Virus record (IMG/VR): IMGVR_UViG_3300027714_000009 | Coordinates: 1 to 64,000 of that record | DNA from: a virus | DNA: 64,000 nucleotides | Strand: one strand, 5' to 3' | In this document: positions 1 through 8,147 of the stretch, in pieces | Numbering within the stretch: the stretch's first letter is position 1 | Layout: each line of letters begins with the position of its first letter | Translations under genes and position numbers: made by a program | Notes under the pieces: model-generated | What the model was told of the DNA's origin: nothing | The model's database searches: none | The model's input: only the letters and a program-made list of their open reading frames with translations

Positions 1-192
1 TGACCATGCTTCACTTAGCATGTTTTCAAAGTCTACTTCATTTTCTGGCATACTAGGTGAACCTTGAAGTAAATCTTGCTGTGGCTTCATTGCACTAACA
101 AATTGTTCAAACACTTCACAGTCGATAATAGTTTCGTCTGCTAGGTTCCAAAATTTGTCTTCGTTATCTAAAATATAATTACTCATTCCCAT
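1..192 (-). CDS. hypothetical protein, runs off the window edge (MGMSNYILDNEDKFW...)
   Basis: ATG at 192 with GGAG SD upstream; open frame to position 1, read by eye. Confidence 0.65.
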   Translation of the reverse strand, partial: MGMSNYILDNEDKFWNLADETIIDCEVFEQFVSAMKPQQDLLQGSPSMPENEVDFENMLSEAWS

Positions 193-203
193 TTTTATCT
201 CCT

Positions 204-611
204 TTATTTACTTGTGTTAATGTAAGGCTTGTCGTATTTTCCAACTTCGATATTAACGTAGTATGCAGTACTGAAATAATCTGTCATTGCATCACTATCA
301 TCATACCATTTTCTGCCACCTGCTAAACCTGGTGCAGTATGTGCAATTTCTGAAAGCCTATCAAAGAAACCTTGGAATTCACCATACATATGTGTATGAT
401 AATGATTTACTTGAAAGTTACCATTGCTAGCCATCATATCACCTCTTTGATTCTTCATCTCATAAGTATCAAGTGGTGCAGGGCCTGCTTTAACAACAAT
501 GTTTACGCTTGAATGATGTTGCTTAGTAACACCAAATTTGAACTTGTTACCAAATTCAGCTTTTAATGCGTTTCTTACTGCTTTTACGTCTTCTGATGTA
601 ATATATGCCAT
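204..611 (-). CDS. LPD29-like phage protein
   Basis: ATG at 611 after ACGGAG SD; C-terminal WYDDSDAMTDYF motif resembles the LPD29 family. Confidence 0.55.
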   Translation of the reverse strand: MAYITSEDVKAVRNALKAEFGNKFKFGVTKQHHSSVNIVVKAGPAPLDTYEMKNQRGDMMASNGNFQVNHYHTHMYGEFQGFFDRLSEIAHTAPGLAGGRKWYDDSDAMTDYFSTAYYVNIEVGKYDKPYINTSK

Positions 612-648
612 GTAATTCAACTCCGTTGTTTGTTTAACTTATATACTA

Positions 649-677
649 ATTATACGGCAAGATGTCTTACTTGTCAA
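649..677 (-). promoter_or_regulatory. sigma70-type early promoter TTGACA-N17-TATAAT with palindromic spacer site
   Basis: plus strand attata(649-654) ... tgtcaa(672-677); spacer contains gcAAGAtgTCTTac. Confidence 0.9.
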
Positions 678-690
678 CCTTTAGTTAGCT

Positions 691-719
691 AAAAAAACCC
701 ATATAAAACAAGGGTTTTT
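691..719 (-). terminator. stem-loop with T tract upstream of the promoter
   Basis: aaaaaaaccc...gggttttt inverted repeat. Confidence 0.55.
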
Positions 720-742
720 AAATTAATTTAATTTTTCTTAGA

Positions 743-748
743 TAAATA
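743..748 (+). promoter_or_regulatory. T4-late-like promoter TAAATA
   Basis: gaTAAATA 27 nt upstream of the ATG at 775; the same motif precedes most structural genes. Confidence 0.55.
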
Positions 749-774
749 TTACTAATCGTAAGGAGATTAATCAT

Positions 775-1086
775 ATGAATATATATCATACTAAGGTTTT
801 TATAGGACCTTTTGCTGATTTAGCTGGATTTAAAGCTGGTTCAGAAGGACAAAGAATATCAAGCAAACAAGCATCATTTGACAATACAAATTGGACAAAT
901 ACACCAACAGTACAATATCAAATTGTTGGCGAACAAGTTATTTGTATGATGGGATTTGAAGATGAAGAACAAAAAAGAGCATTTGCAAATCATGTGTCTG
1001 AAAACAGAACATGGGAAAAAGGAATTAGGTTAGGAGAGTCAGGAATTGATGATGCTAGCATTACTGCTGATGGATGGGTGGAATGA
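775..1086 (+). CDS. hypothetical ~103-aa protein, paralogue of 47881-48189
   Basis: AAGGAG SD; end-to-end similarity to ORF 47881-48189 by eye. Confidence 0.8.
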   Translation: MNIYHTKVFIGPFADLAGFKAGSEGQRISSKQASFDNTNWTNTPTVQYQIVGEQVICMMGFEDEEQKRAFANHVSENRTWEKGIRLGESGIDDASITADGWVE

Positions 1087-2075
1087 GTGATTATTTTTAC
1101 AAAGATGAATTATACGAATCAGTAGAACATGATAATTTTGTAGATCCTGCACTAATAACAGGTCTTAAGGATTTTTACAATTATATAACACCAAAGTTTG
1201 CTGAAGAGATTGCACACATGGATCCTGCTCGTTTAAAAATTAATGATATTTGGGCAAGTTTTGATGTAGCTGGAGAAGAGACTGCAAGTTTTATTTGCTT
1301 TGATTATCTTAATGCAGTAAACCGTGCCAAAAGTGGATTGTTTAGATCTGCAGACAACGAAGTATACAGACAGTTTAAAAAGAAGTATCAAAATGACTTT
1401 AACATAATAAAAGAAATGCGTGATGCTGTACACACTAACTTAACTAAGTTAGGAAGAGATCCAGGTTGGATTTGGACAACATCAATATTTAATTTTAACA
1501 AGCCTTTTGAAATTCATACTGACGGAGTGGATACTCCTTTAAAAAGTCAAAATAGACCTGAGAAATGGGAAGACTTAAATCCTAAACAATATAAACCAAA
1601 TAAAGCAACTCCATGTGCTGGTCACCAAGGATTGATTAACATTGATGCTGGACCAACTGCTGGTACAGTTACTTTTAATCAATGGTATCCATATAGCGTA
1701 TACTTAAATTATGGTGCTGAAATTGAAGGTACATGGAGTGTAGGGCCTGCGCCTAAAAAGAGAATAATTTGTTTTGGTAAAGGTGACGAGCCAACAAGAT
1801 TTGGCGAGCATATACGTAACTTTACAGATGCTCCAATGAGTGATGAAGATTATGCACGTATTATGGAACATGTAGAAGACCACACACGTGTATTCAATCA
1901 AGAAGAAGGATATGGAACATCATTAGAAAAGATACTGTATTTTGGGGAACCTGGAAAACTTATATCCTGGGATTCAAAGCGTTTTCATAAGACAAAACCA
2001 TTCAATCATTTCTACCAACATAAGCTACATAACGAAAGTCGTATGTGCTACGCTTATATGTCTACTATGCTATAA
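1083..2075 (+). CDS. putative 2OG-Fe(II) oxygenase
   Basis: HTD motif (EIHTDG), distal WDSKRFH and R; ATGA overlap with the upstream ORF. Confidence 0.6.
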   Translation: MSDYFYKDELYESVEHDNFVDPALITGLKDFYNYITPKFAEEIAHMDPARLKINDIWASFDVAGEETASFICFDYLNAVNRAKSGLFRSADNEVYRQFKKKYQNDFNIIKEMRDAVHTNLTKLGRDPGWIWTTSIFNFNKPFEIHTDGVDTPLKSQNRPEKWEDLNPKQYKPNKATPCAGHQGLINIDAGPTAGTVTFNQWYPYSVYLNYGAEIEGTWSVGPAPKKRIICFGKGDEPTRFGEHIRNFTDAPMSDEDYARIMEHVEDHTRVFNQEEGYGTSLEKILYFGEPGKLISWDSKRFHKTKPFNHFYQHKLHNESRMCYAYMSTML

Positions 2076-3146
2076 CTGCCAAGGAAACACTTTAAATTTA
2101 GGTAGTACTTCTTGTATTTCAATGTCATCTACCCACATAGCTTTTGGTGGTTGATTCATCTGTGGATCCATTAAAGTTATCATTACTTTGCTACCAAGGT
2201 TCCGGCTTTTTATGCTGTTTAGAAGCTCATTACGCATGCTTACACGGGCGTTTAGCCCAAAGTAGAATGCAGTAGCTTGATAGTGATAAATGTTGCTTAA
2301 ATGAACGTAAACGTTGCCTACGTTGCTTTGTATGGAGTCTAACAGCCTTGCATTGTCAGTAGGATTAAAGAAATCATGTATATGATATGAATACCCAATA
2401 TGCTTAAATGCATCTGCATGCCAATCCTTAAAACCTAGTTGATTATCCACTTGTGCTTGCATTTGATCAGCCATTTTATATCCACGTGTTTGGATAGTAT
2501 CACCATCAATAGTTGAAGCATTCTTCAGCATTAATGAGAAGGTTTTAGAGTCTATTCCATCCCATTCAGTTACCCAACGTTTAGCATTTATTAAAGCAAT
2601 ATTGCTTACATCTCTAACTTCTACTGTACAACTTGCTTCCATGCCCAATGACCAAGGATACAGTATGGGATTTAATCCACCTGCACTTGTTACTAATTTA
2701 GTGAATTGTATATCGCCTAAATCTGGCATGTAGTGTTCTGCAATATTTGGGTTGTCTGTGTTTGCTACGAATGTAACTTGTGTATTAAGAATTCTTAATA
2801 TTAGGTGTGAGAACATATCTGGTGTTGCTTTATTAAAATCTAATATAGTATCACCACCTGCTATAATCATAGGTGCAGTTGAATTTACAGAATTAAAGTA
2901 CTCGTCAATATTAGTAAACACAATGCCTTGCTTTATAATGAGTATTTGTTCAAAGCCATCTAGCTTTGATTGTTCTACCATTACTTCTATGTCATTGTGT
3001 ATGTACTGTTGTGCATTGTATTTGTCTACAACTACATAATAGTATTCTAATAAATTCTGAGAAAAACCAGTAACAAGTGTATTAACATTATCTGCCAATA
3101 ACCAGCCTACTGCTATTTTTTTATTATCTTTATTAAATTTATCCAT
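2070..3146 (-). CDS. hypothetical enzyme with SAM-fold-like C-terminal domain; paralogue of 51618-53048
   Basis: motifs SAGGLNP, DVSNIAL, EWDG and YVHLSNIYHY shared with 51618-53048. Confidence 0.6.
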   Translation of the reverse strand: MDKFNKDNKKIAVGWLLADNVNTLVTGFSQNLLEYYYVVVDKYNAQQYIHNDIEVMVEQSKLDGFEQILIIKQGIVFTNIDEYFNSVNSTAPMIIAGGDTILDFNKATPDMFSHLILRILNTQVTFVANTDNPNIAEHYMPDLGDIQFTKLVTSAGGLNPILYPWSLGMEASCTVEVRDVSNIALINAKRWVTEWDGIDSKTFSLMLKNASTIDGDTIQTRGYKMADQMQAQVDNQLGFKDWHADAFKHIGYSYHIHDFFNPTDNARLLDSIQSNVGNVYVHLSNIYHYQATAFYFGLNARVSMRNELLNSIKSRNLGSKVMITLMDPQMNQPPKAMWVDDIEIQEVLPKFKVFPWQL

Positions 3147-3147
3147 G

Positions 3148-3528
3148 TTAGTCCCAATGCATTACATTGGATTTTTGATGATAGTAATTATCTGAGATTC
3201 GTTGCATTTCTTGTTCTGAGATTCTAAAGCTAAATCTACTAAAGTTAATGCATACCATGTTAGCATCAATACATTCTGGGCGTGGTCCAAACGCACTGTG
3301 ATACCACCAAACTTTTCCATCATGCTTCATTTCTAAACCCTGTACACCTTCTCCAATTTTCCAATTTTCTAAAATGTATTCAAAGTCTTCTTGTTTAAAC
3401 TCTCTATTTGTGACTATATAATCAGTCACTTTAAATGATACCTTAACTGTTTTATCATCTTTAAAAAGATATATCTTTAATGGATCACTGAATAGTACTA
3501 CGTTGTTACTGTCTTTTATTGTAGGCAT
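3148..3528 (-). CDS. hypothetical protein
   Basis: 126-aa ORF tightly packed in an operon. Confidence 0.75.
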   Translation of the reverse strand: MPTIKDSNNVVLFSDPLKIYLFKDDKTVKVSFKVTDYIVTNREFKQEDFEYILENWKIGEGVQGLEMKHDGKVWWYHSAFGPRPECIDANMVCINFSRFSFRISEQEMQRISDNYYHQKSNVMHWD

Positions 3529-4258
3529 CTGTTATTTCCTTAGCTAATTCTAAATTAATGTCTTGGTGATTATTATAGTCTTCGTAGTATCGTGCTATCC
3601 AGTCTTTGTCTGGAGACTCAATTTCTACAGTATCCCATAATGTTTGCAACCCATCTAAAGTTAGCCATTGGCTTTGCTTTATAATGCGATCGTTTTCACA
3701 TTCATCAATTTCATTGTTATATGCTTTCTTACTTATAAACTTATCTACAATGACATCGGTACCTGGCCAACTATGATCATCTGCACTATAGTTTGCATTG
3801 CGATCGTCTTCCATTAGCGTGTTGTACTCTCTGGATGCCCAGTTAACAATGTTACCGTCCCATTCATCCATTTCAGTCCTGATTAATAGTGCAGTTTTAC
3901 CTCTGCTCCATTTCCATATGTCTTCGTAATTTTGAGCATGTAATAATACTGCTATGCTCTTATCTTCTATTAAGTGTAAAAGTCCGTCTAACTGTTCAGT
4001 AGTAATAGACATGGCATTCCGGACCTCATAATTGTACCACTGTCTATCGCTTTCTGAAATATTCCAATAATCATCATGTACACGAATTTTGCCTAGCATG
4101 CCTGGTTCGTGATCAATCTCTTGACCATCTAGTTCATATGATGCCCAATGCTCACCAGCTTGGCTTGTACCGTGTAACATAGGACTGTTGTTGAGCAAAT
4201 ATGGAATCTCCATTTGGCTCATGCAACTATGACTGCAAACTAAGTATAATGTGTTCAT
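3506..4258 (-). CDS. hypothetical protein, possibly P-loop/sulfotransferase-like
   Basis: N-terminal strand-loop-helix YLVCSHSCMSQ resembles ACMSGNF of 6113-6853. Confidence 0.5.
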   Translation of the reverse strand: MNTLYLVCSHSCMSQMEIPYLLNNSPMLHGTSQAGEHWASYELDGQEIDHEPGMLGKIRVHDDYWNISESDRQWYNYEVRNAMSITTEQLDGLLHLIEDKSIAVLLHAQNYEDIWKWSRGKTALLIRTEMDEWDGNIVNWASREYNTLMEDDRNANYSADDHSWPGTDVIVDKFISKKAYNNEIDECENDRIIKQSQWLTLDGLQTLWDTVEIESPDKDWIARYYEDYNNHQDINLELAKEITDAYNKRQ

Positions 4259-4259
4259 T

Positions 4260-4517
4260 TTAATCCTTGTATTTTCTTTTTTCCCTTATTGCTTCTTGCA
4301 AATCCAGGATTTGTTCGTTTTCTATTAATCTAATAATAGTTTCTGTTACGCCAACTTCTTGTTGAATTCTTCCTAGCTTAGCCATTAAATTATCTAACTC
4401 TGTAGTATAAAATCTAAGCTCTTTCCGCTTTCTATCTCGTTGATCGTATATGTCCGTGATATCAATAATTAATTTCTTATCAGCATCACCCTTACTGTTA
4501 TGTCCTATTAGAGTCAT
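4260..4517 (-). CDS. hypothetical coiled-coil protein
   Basis: GAGG SD; 85 aa with heptad-like pattern. Confidence 0.75.
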   Translation of the reverse strand: MTLIGHNSKGDADKKLIIDITDIYDQRDRKRKELRFYTTELDNLMAKLGRIQQEVGVTETIIRLIENEQILDLQEAIREKRKYKD

Positions 4518-4542
4518 ATTTTACCTCTCTAATTTCAAATAA

Positions 4543-4616
4543 GCAGACGAATCATAAGTCCTATAGCTGTGTCCTGAAACGGTGAAATCCGTTGGGCCAA
4601 ACTATGCTTTGTCTAC
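4543..4616 (-). ncRNA. candidate 74-nt structured RNA (long imperfect hairpin)
   Basis: GUAGAC pairs with GUCUGC, CAUAG with UUAUG, AACGG with CCGUU; starts 5 nt after TAAATA (4622-4627) and is followed by UUAUUU. Confidence 0.5.
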
Positions 4617-4620
4617 AACA

Positions 4621-5331
4621 CTATTTACCAGTAAAAATACTGTATCCGATCTTGTAGTCTATACCTTGTGCATTAAAATTAACTGCACTATGTAGCTTAC
4701 CCATATCAAATGTTATTGCATCACCAGGTTGCCAACGTACAATTGCTTCAACTGTAAGACCATGTAATGCTTCATAAGGTATGTGTGTAAGATACTCGTT
4801 GTATATTTCTTTATTGAATGGAATGTCCGTAAAACCTTCTATGTTACTGTAGTCTGTTAAACTTTTATTATAGAAGCTTTCTGGAACTTTTGGATATCCC
4901 CTAAAGCACTTAATAGGACCATCTAAGTAATATTGATCAAATACAATAAAGCTAGTTGGCTTGGATATTTCTAATGGAATAACTACTGTCTTAAAGATAT
5001 CGTATATCTTTTCGTGGTAATCATCATTATGTACTATGTGAGGTTTTTCAACTTTAAATATGTTACTGCCCCATACCATATTGTCTTCACCAATTAAATG
5101 ATCTACAAAGTTTTGTACAGGAGTAAACCATGCTTCATACTCTTGTCTATCTGGGCTATAGTTCATAACAACAGGACCCTTAGATCCTGCTTCTTTATAT
5201 TTTACAATTTGTTTTGAATTATGATACTGATTAAGTAAGTAATCAATAAATCCTTGATTCACTACGTCCTTGTGTAATTCTGCTGTTGTATATCTATCTG
5301 TAATTAACTTTTTTTGTTCTGCTGTTCTCAT
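4621..5331 (-). CDS. putative 2OG-Fe(II) oxygenase
   Basis: HND motif, TVVIPL, WQPGDAITFDMGKLH; similar layout to 1083-2075. Confidence 0.65.
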   Translation of the reverse strand: MRTAEQKKLITDRYTTAELHKDVVNQGFIDYLLNQYHNSKQIVKYKEAGSKGPVVMNYSPDRQEYEAWFTPVQNFVDHLIGEDNMVWGSNIFKVEKPHIVHNDDYHEKIYDIFKTVVIPLEISKPTSFIVFDQYYLDGPIKCFRGYPKVPESFYNKSLTDYSNIEGFTDIPFNKEIYNEYLTHIPYEALHGLTVEAIVRWQPGDAITFDMGKLHSAVNFNAQGIDYKIGYSIFTGK

Positions 5332-6110
5332 CCTACGAATGCTCTTTCTATTACAAACTCTCCCGGCGTCTTATTTGTGCCTTCTGTGAATCCCATCTCT
5401 TCTAAATATTCTTTAAGTTCAATATTCATTTCCATAGATCCGCAAATCATTACTCTATCGTGTAATGGTGAAAGTTCTGGTAGTCCTAATTTGTCTTGTA
5501 CTTTGTTTTCATACATTGCTGTTGTAACACGGCCTTCGTTTTCATATGTTTCACGTGTACATGTAAAGTAACATTTTAGTTTGCCTTCAGTTACTTCACT
5601 AAATATTTCATCGTCATTTAGTCCTTCAAGTAGCTCTCTAAATGCAAGTTCCTTTGCAATCCTAGTGCCCCATACTAAAATAACATTATCATAATATTCG
5701 TATGTATCAATTCCACGTATAATACTCATAAACGGAGCAATGCCTGTTCCTGTAGCTAATAGATATAAGTTACGGCCAGGGTTTAAGTTAGCATGTACTA
5801 AGGTGCCAACTGGTTTGTCATTTACTAGAAACTCGTCGCCTGGTTTAATGTGCTGTAGCCTGCTTGTTAACGGTCCGTCTTGTACTTTAATACTGTAGAA
5901 CTCTAGTGTGTCTTGATGGTTAGGGCTTGCTACACTGTAAGCTCTCATTATTGGTTTACTTTTTTGTAACTTCTCAGACCAATTATCTAGTCCAATCATT
6001 AAAAACTCACCATCACGGAATCTAACGTGAGGCGCTCGTGTGGTTACAAAATGAAATAAGGTATCAGTGTAATGTGTTACTTCTAGTACTGTTTCTTTAA
6101 TTATTGCCAT
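5328..6110 (-). CDS. fpr: ferredoxin-NADP+ reductase
   Basis: RAYS FAD motif, GPLTSRL, ATGTGIAPF, CGS, FVIERAF; true start MAIIKETV at 6110. Confidence 0.93.
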   Translation of the reverse strand: MAIIKETVLEVTHYTDTLFHFVTTRAPHVRFRDGEFLMIGLDNWSEKLQKSKPIMRAYSVASPNHQDTLEFYSIKVQDGPLTSRLQHIKPGDEFLVNDKPVGTLVHANLNPGRNLYLLATGTGIAPFMSIIRGIDTYEYYDNVILVWGTRIAKELAFRELLEGLNDDEIFSEVTEGKLKCYFTCTRETYENEGRVTTAMYENKVQDKLGLPELSPLHDRVMICGSMEMNIELKEYLEEMGFTEGTNKTPGEFVIERAFVG

Positions 6111-6112
6111 TG

Positions 6113-6853
6113 TTATTTGTTCTCTGTAAAAAATGTGTCTGTATATTCTTTGACCAAGTCCTTCCAACCTTCGAGTGCTGGAGACTTTAAATGCACACAC
6201 CAATTGTTGTATTCATCTTCATCTAAATCAAATAGTATTTTGCCTACGTCTATTTCCACTACTTTAGGAACTAGCTTTTCTAAATCTGGTATATGTTCAC
6301 GTTGTCCTAGTAAGTTATCAAACAAGTATCTGTCATTTAACCCTGGATCATCATACGGTCTTAATTTTTCTGCTCTTGCTAAGAACTTATCATAGTGGTC
6401 TGGTTTAGAAACACAAAGTAAGTATAAACATTCAGGAGTTACTGTTTCAATTAGTTGCTCAACTACATGTTCTTTCATTGCATGCTTAACATTATGCAAC
6501 AAGTTTGGTTTAACGGATAGCTTAGTGAACGTGCGAACTGTTTCATTATCTTTTAATTTACTTGCCATAAGATACGACCATCTAACGTGTTCGTCCCATG
6601 CTACAACTGAAGTGTTTTGGTGTGGGCTATTTTCAGCTTCGCCTAATGCACCTTGCCATAGATTGTGTCGTTCAATTGATAAGTGTAATGGCTCTGGTGA
6701 TTTCTCACCCCAAAATTTATCTATACGTGTATTTCTATTCCATTTTTTACCACTTAAAAATCCTTCATGCTGTCCCATAAAATATAAAAAGAAATTTCCA
6801 CTCATACATGCTGTGTGCATTAATAAATGGCATTCTACATCTTTACTTTTCAC
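6113..6853 (-). CDS. hypothetical protein, P-loop/sulfotransferase-like; paralogue of 6843-7565
   Basis: ECH..HT...GNFF N-terminus and IDVGKILFDLDEDEY C-terminus shared with the neighbouring ORF. Confidence 0.6.
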   Translation of the reverse strand: MKSKDVECHLLMHTACMSGNFFLYFMGQHEGFLSGKKWNRNTRIDKFWGEKSPEPLHLSIERHNLWQGALGEAENSPHQNTSVVAWDEHVRWSYLMASKLKDNETVRTFTKLSVKPNLLHNVKHAMKEHVVEQLIETVTPECLYLLCVSKPDHYDKFLARAEKLRPYDDPGLNDRYLFDNLLGQREHIPDLEKLVPKVVEIDVGKILFDLDEDEYNNWCVHLKSPALEGWKDLVKEYTDTFFTENK

Positions 6854-7565
6854 CTATAATCTCCTTTGCATAGTCTAGTTTTTTCTTCCAGTTAGCAATA
6901 GGCACTGTTCCTAACACTGTTAATACTTTCTGGTATTCCTCTTCGTCATATTTAAAAAACAATTTATCAACATCCACATCAAGTACCGAGTGTGTTTCTC
7001 TAATTGTTTCTAACGCTGTATCGTTTAGTTCTTTTTGTCTTATTGTGTTGTTTAACACTTCTTCATACGGTTCTATTGATGTGTTAAGAACTATTAACCT
7101 ATCTGTTATGTGTTCAAAGAATTTAATATTGTCCTTATCAGTAGTTAGGTTATATACTGTACTTATTGGTGCATTTAGAAACAGTTCTTTAGTCTTGGCA
7201 AGTATTTGCTTTGGTGCATGTACTTGCGGCTTTACTAATAACTTACTAATTGCTGTCTTTGATCGCCACTTTGTATCTGCTTGTTCTTTTAACACATTTG
7301 ATACGTGTGTGTTCCAATCCATGTCACTTAAAAACCACCTATGATAATCATCAGGTCTAAAGTGAAAGAAACCAATCTCTGGTCTAGCTGTTTCGTACTC
7401 ATCAGCTTTAGTTTCGTAATCACCACCCGGCTGTAGTTCTTTTACTGTGTGCCGAGGTCTTAGCGGAGCTTCTGCAAATCCTTCATGTAGGTTAAAAAAC
7501 CATAGAAATGTGTTTCCATAAAATCCTTGTGTATGCGTACATACGTGACATTCAATATTTTGCAT
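6843..7565 (-). CDS. hypothetical protein, tandem paralogue of 6113-6853
   Basis: start moved to ATG 7565 (GAGG SD) because the longer call overlaps tRNA-Glu; ECHVCTHT..YGNTF, VDVDKLFFKYDEEEY. Confidence 0.65.
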   Translation of the reverse strand: MQNIECHVCTHTQGFYGNTFLWFFNLHEGFAEAPLRPRHTVKELQPGGDYETKADEYETARPEIGFFHFRPDDYHRWFLSDMDWNTHVSNVLKEQADTKWRSKTAISKLLVKPQVHAPKQILAKTKELFLNAPISTVYNLTTDKDNIKFFEHITDRLIVLNTSIEPYEEVLNNTIRQKELNDTALETIRETHSVLDVDVDKLFFKYDEEEYQKVLTVLGTVPIANWKKKLDYAKEIIGEK

Positions 7566-7578
7566 TAATTCCTCAATT

Positions 7579-7653
7579 TGGTACACCCTAGGAGAATCGA
7601 ACTCCTCTTGCACGGATGAAAACCGTGTGTCCTAACCGATAGACGAAGGGTGC
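7579..7653 (-). tRNA. tRNA-Glu(UUC)
   Basis: cloverleaf GCACCCT/AGGGTGT, anticodon arm CACGG-TT TTC AT-CCGTG, TTCGATT loop, encoded CCA. Confidence 0.95.
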
Positions 7654-7661
7654 ATGTTGCT

Positions 7662-7690
7662 ATTTTAGTATAAGTAGGTTAACTTGTCAA
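7662..7690 (-). promoter_or_regulatory. sigma70-type promoter for tRNA-Glu
   Basis: TTGACA-N17-TAAAAT; predicted +1 about 2 nt before the tRNA. Confidence 0.7.
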
Positions 7691-7695
7691 CCGTT

Positions 7696-8145
7696 TTACT
7701 TACACCAAGATTCTTTTTTGTCGCCGTAGTATTCTCTGGCAAATCCATTATCAATTAGCATGTGTCGTAAACTTTTGCCATCAATAATAATATCACCTAA
7801 TACACGCCCGCCATATTTGTCCCACTTATAGATTGCTACTTGTATTTTAGTTGCACCGTTAAGTTTGCTTTTAGTAAATTTACTTGCAAGCTCTCCCCAA
7901 CCAGCTTCTTCTGTACATTCAGCTCTCCAACTTTTCTCAGGAGTATCTACGCCGTAAACACGAATACTTAGTTCTTGTTTAAGTGGCTCTGGTAAAAAGT
8001 CTGCTTTAAATGCTACTGTGTCTCCATCTATAACTCGTGTAACTTCAAAATCATAAATCACCATGTTCACTTCTTTTGCAGTAGCTTGTCCTGCTGTAAG
8101 TAGAAGTGTGAGTGCGGCAAACATTGTTACTAATATCTTTTTCAT
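7696..8145 (-). CDS. thermonuclease (SNase family) with signal peptide
   Basis: RVIDGDT, GVDTPE, DKYGGRVLG motifs; hydrophobic N-terminus. Confidence 0.9.
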   Translation of the reverse strand: MKKILVTMFAALTLLLTAGQATAKEVNMVIYDFEVTRVIDGDTVAFKADFLPEPLKQELSIRVYGVDTPEKSWRAECTEEAGWGELASKFTKSKLNGATKIQVAIYKWDKYGGRVLGDIIIDGKSLRHMLIDNGFAREYYGDKKESWCK

Positions 8146-8147
8146 AA

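Noticed and set aside
4570-4600. UUCA-containing loop as a selenocysteine tRNA, or CUGA/GAAA as a hammerhead ribozyme
   Set aside because: No cloverleaf, T-loop or CCA; the hammerhead core CUGAnGA and three-stem junction are not present
6111-6203. N-terminal extension of fpr
   Set aside because: Overlaps the upstream gene; Fpr homology begins at MAIIKETV
7566-7613. N-terminal extension of ORF 6843-7613
   Set aside because: Overlaps tRNA-Glu; ATG at 7565 has the SD
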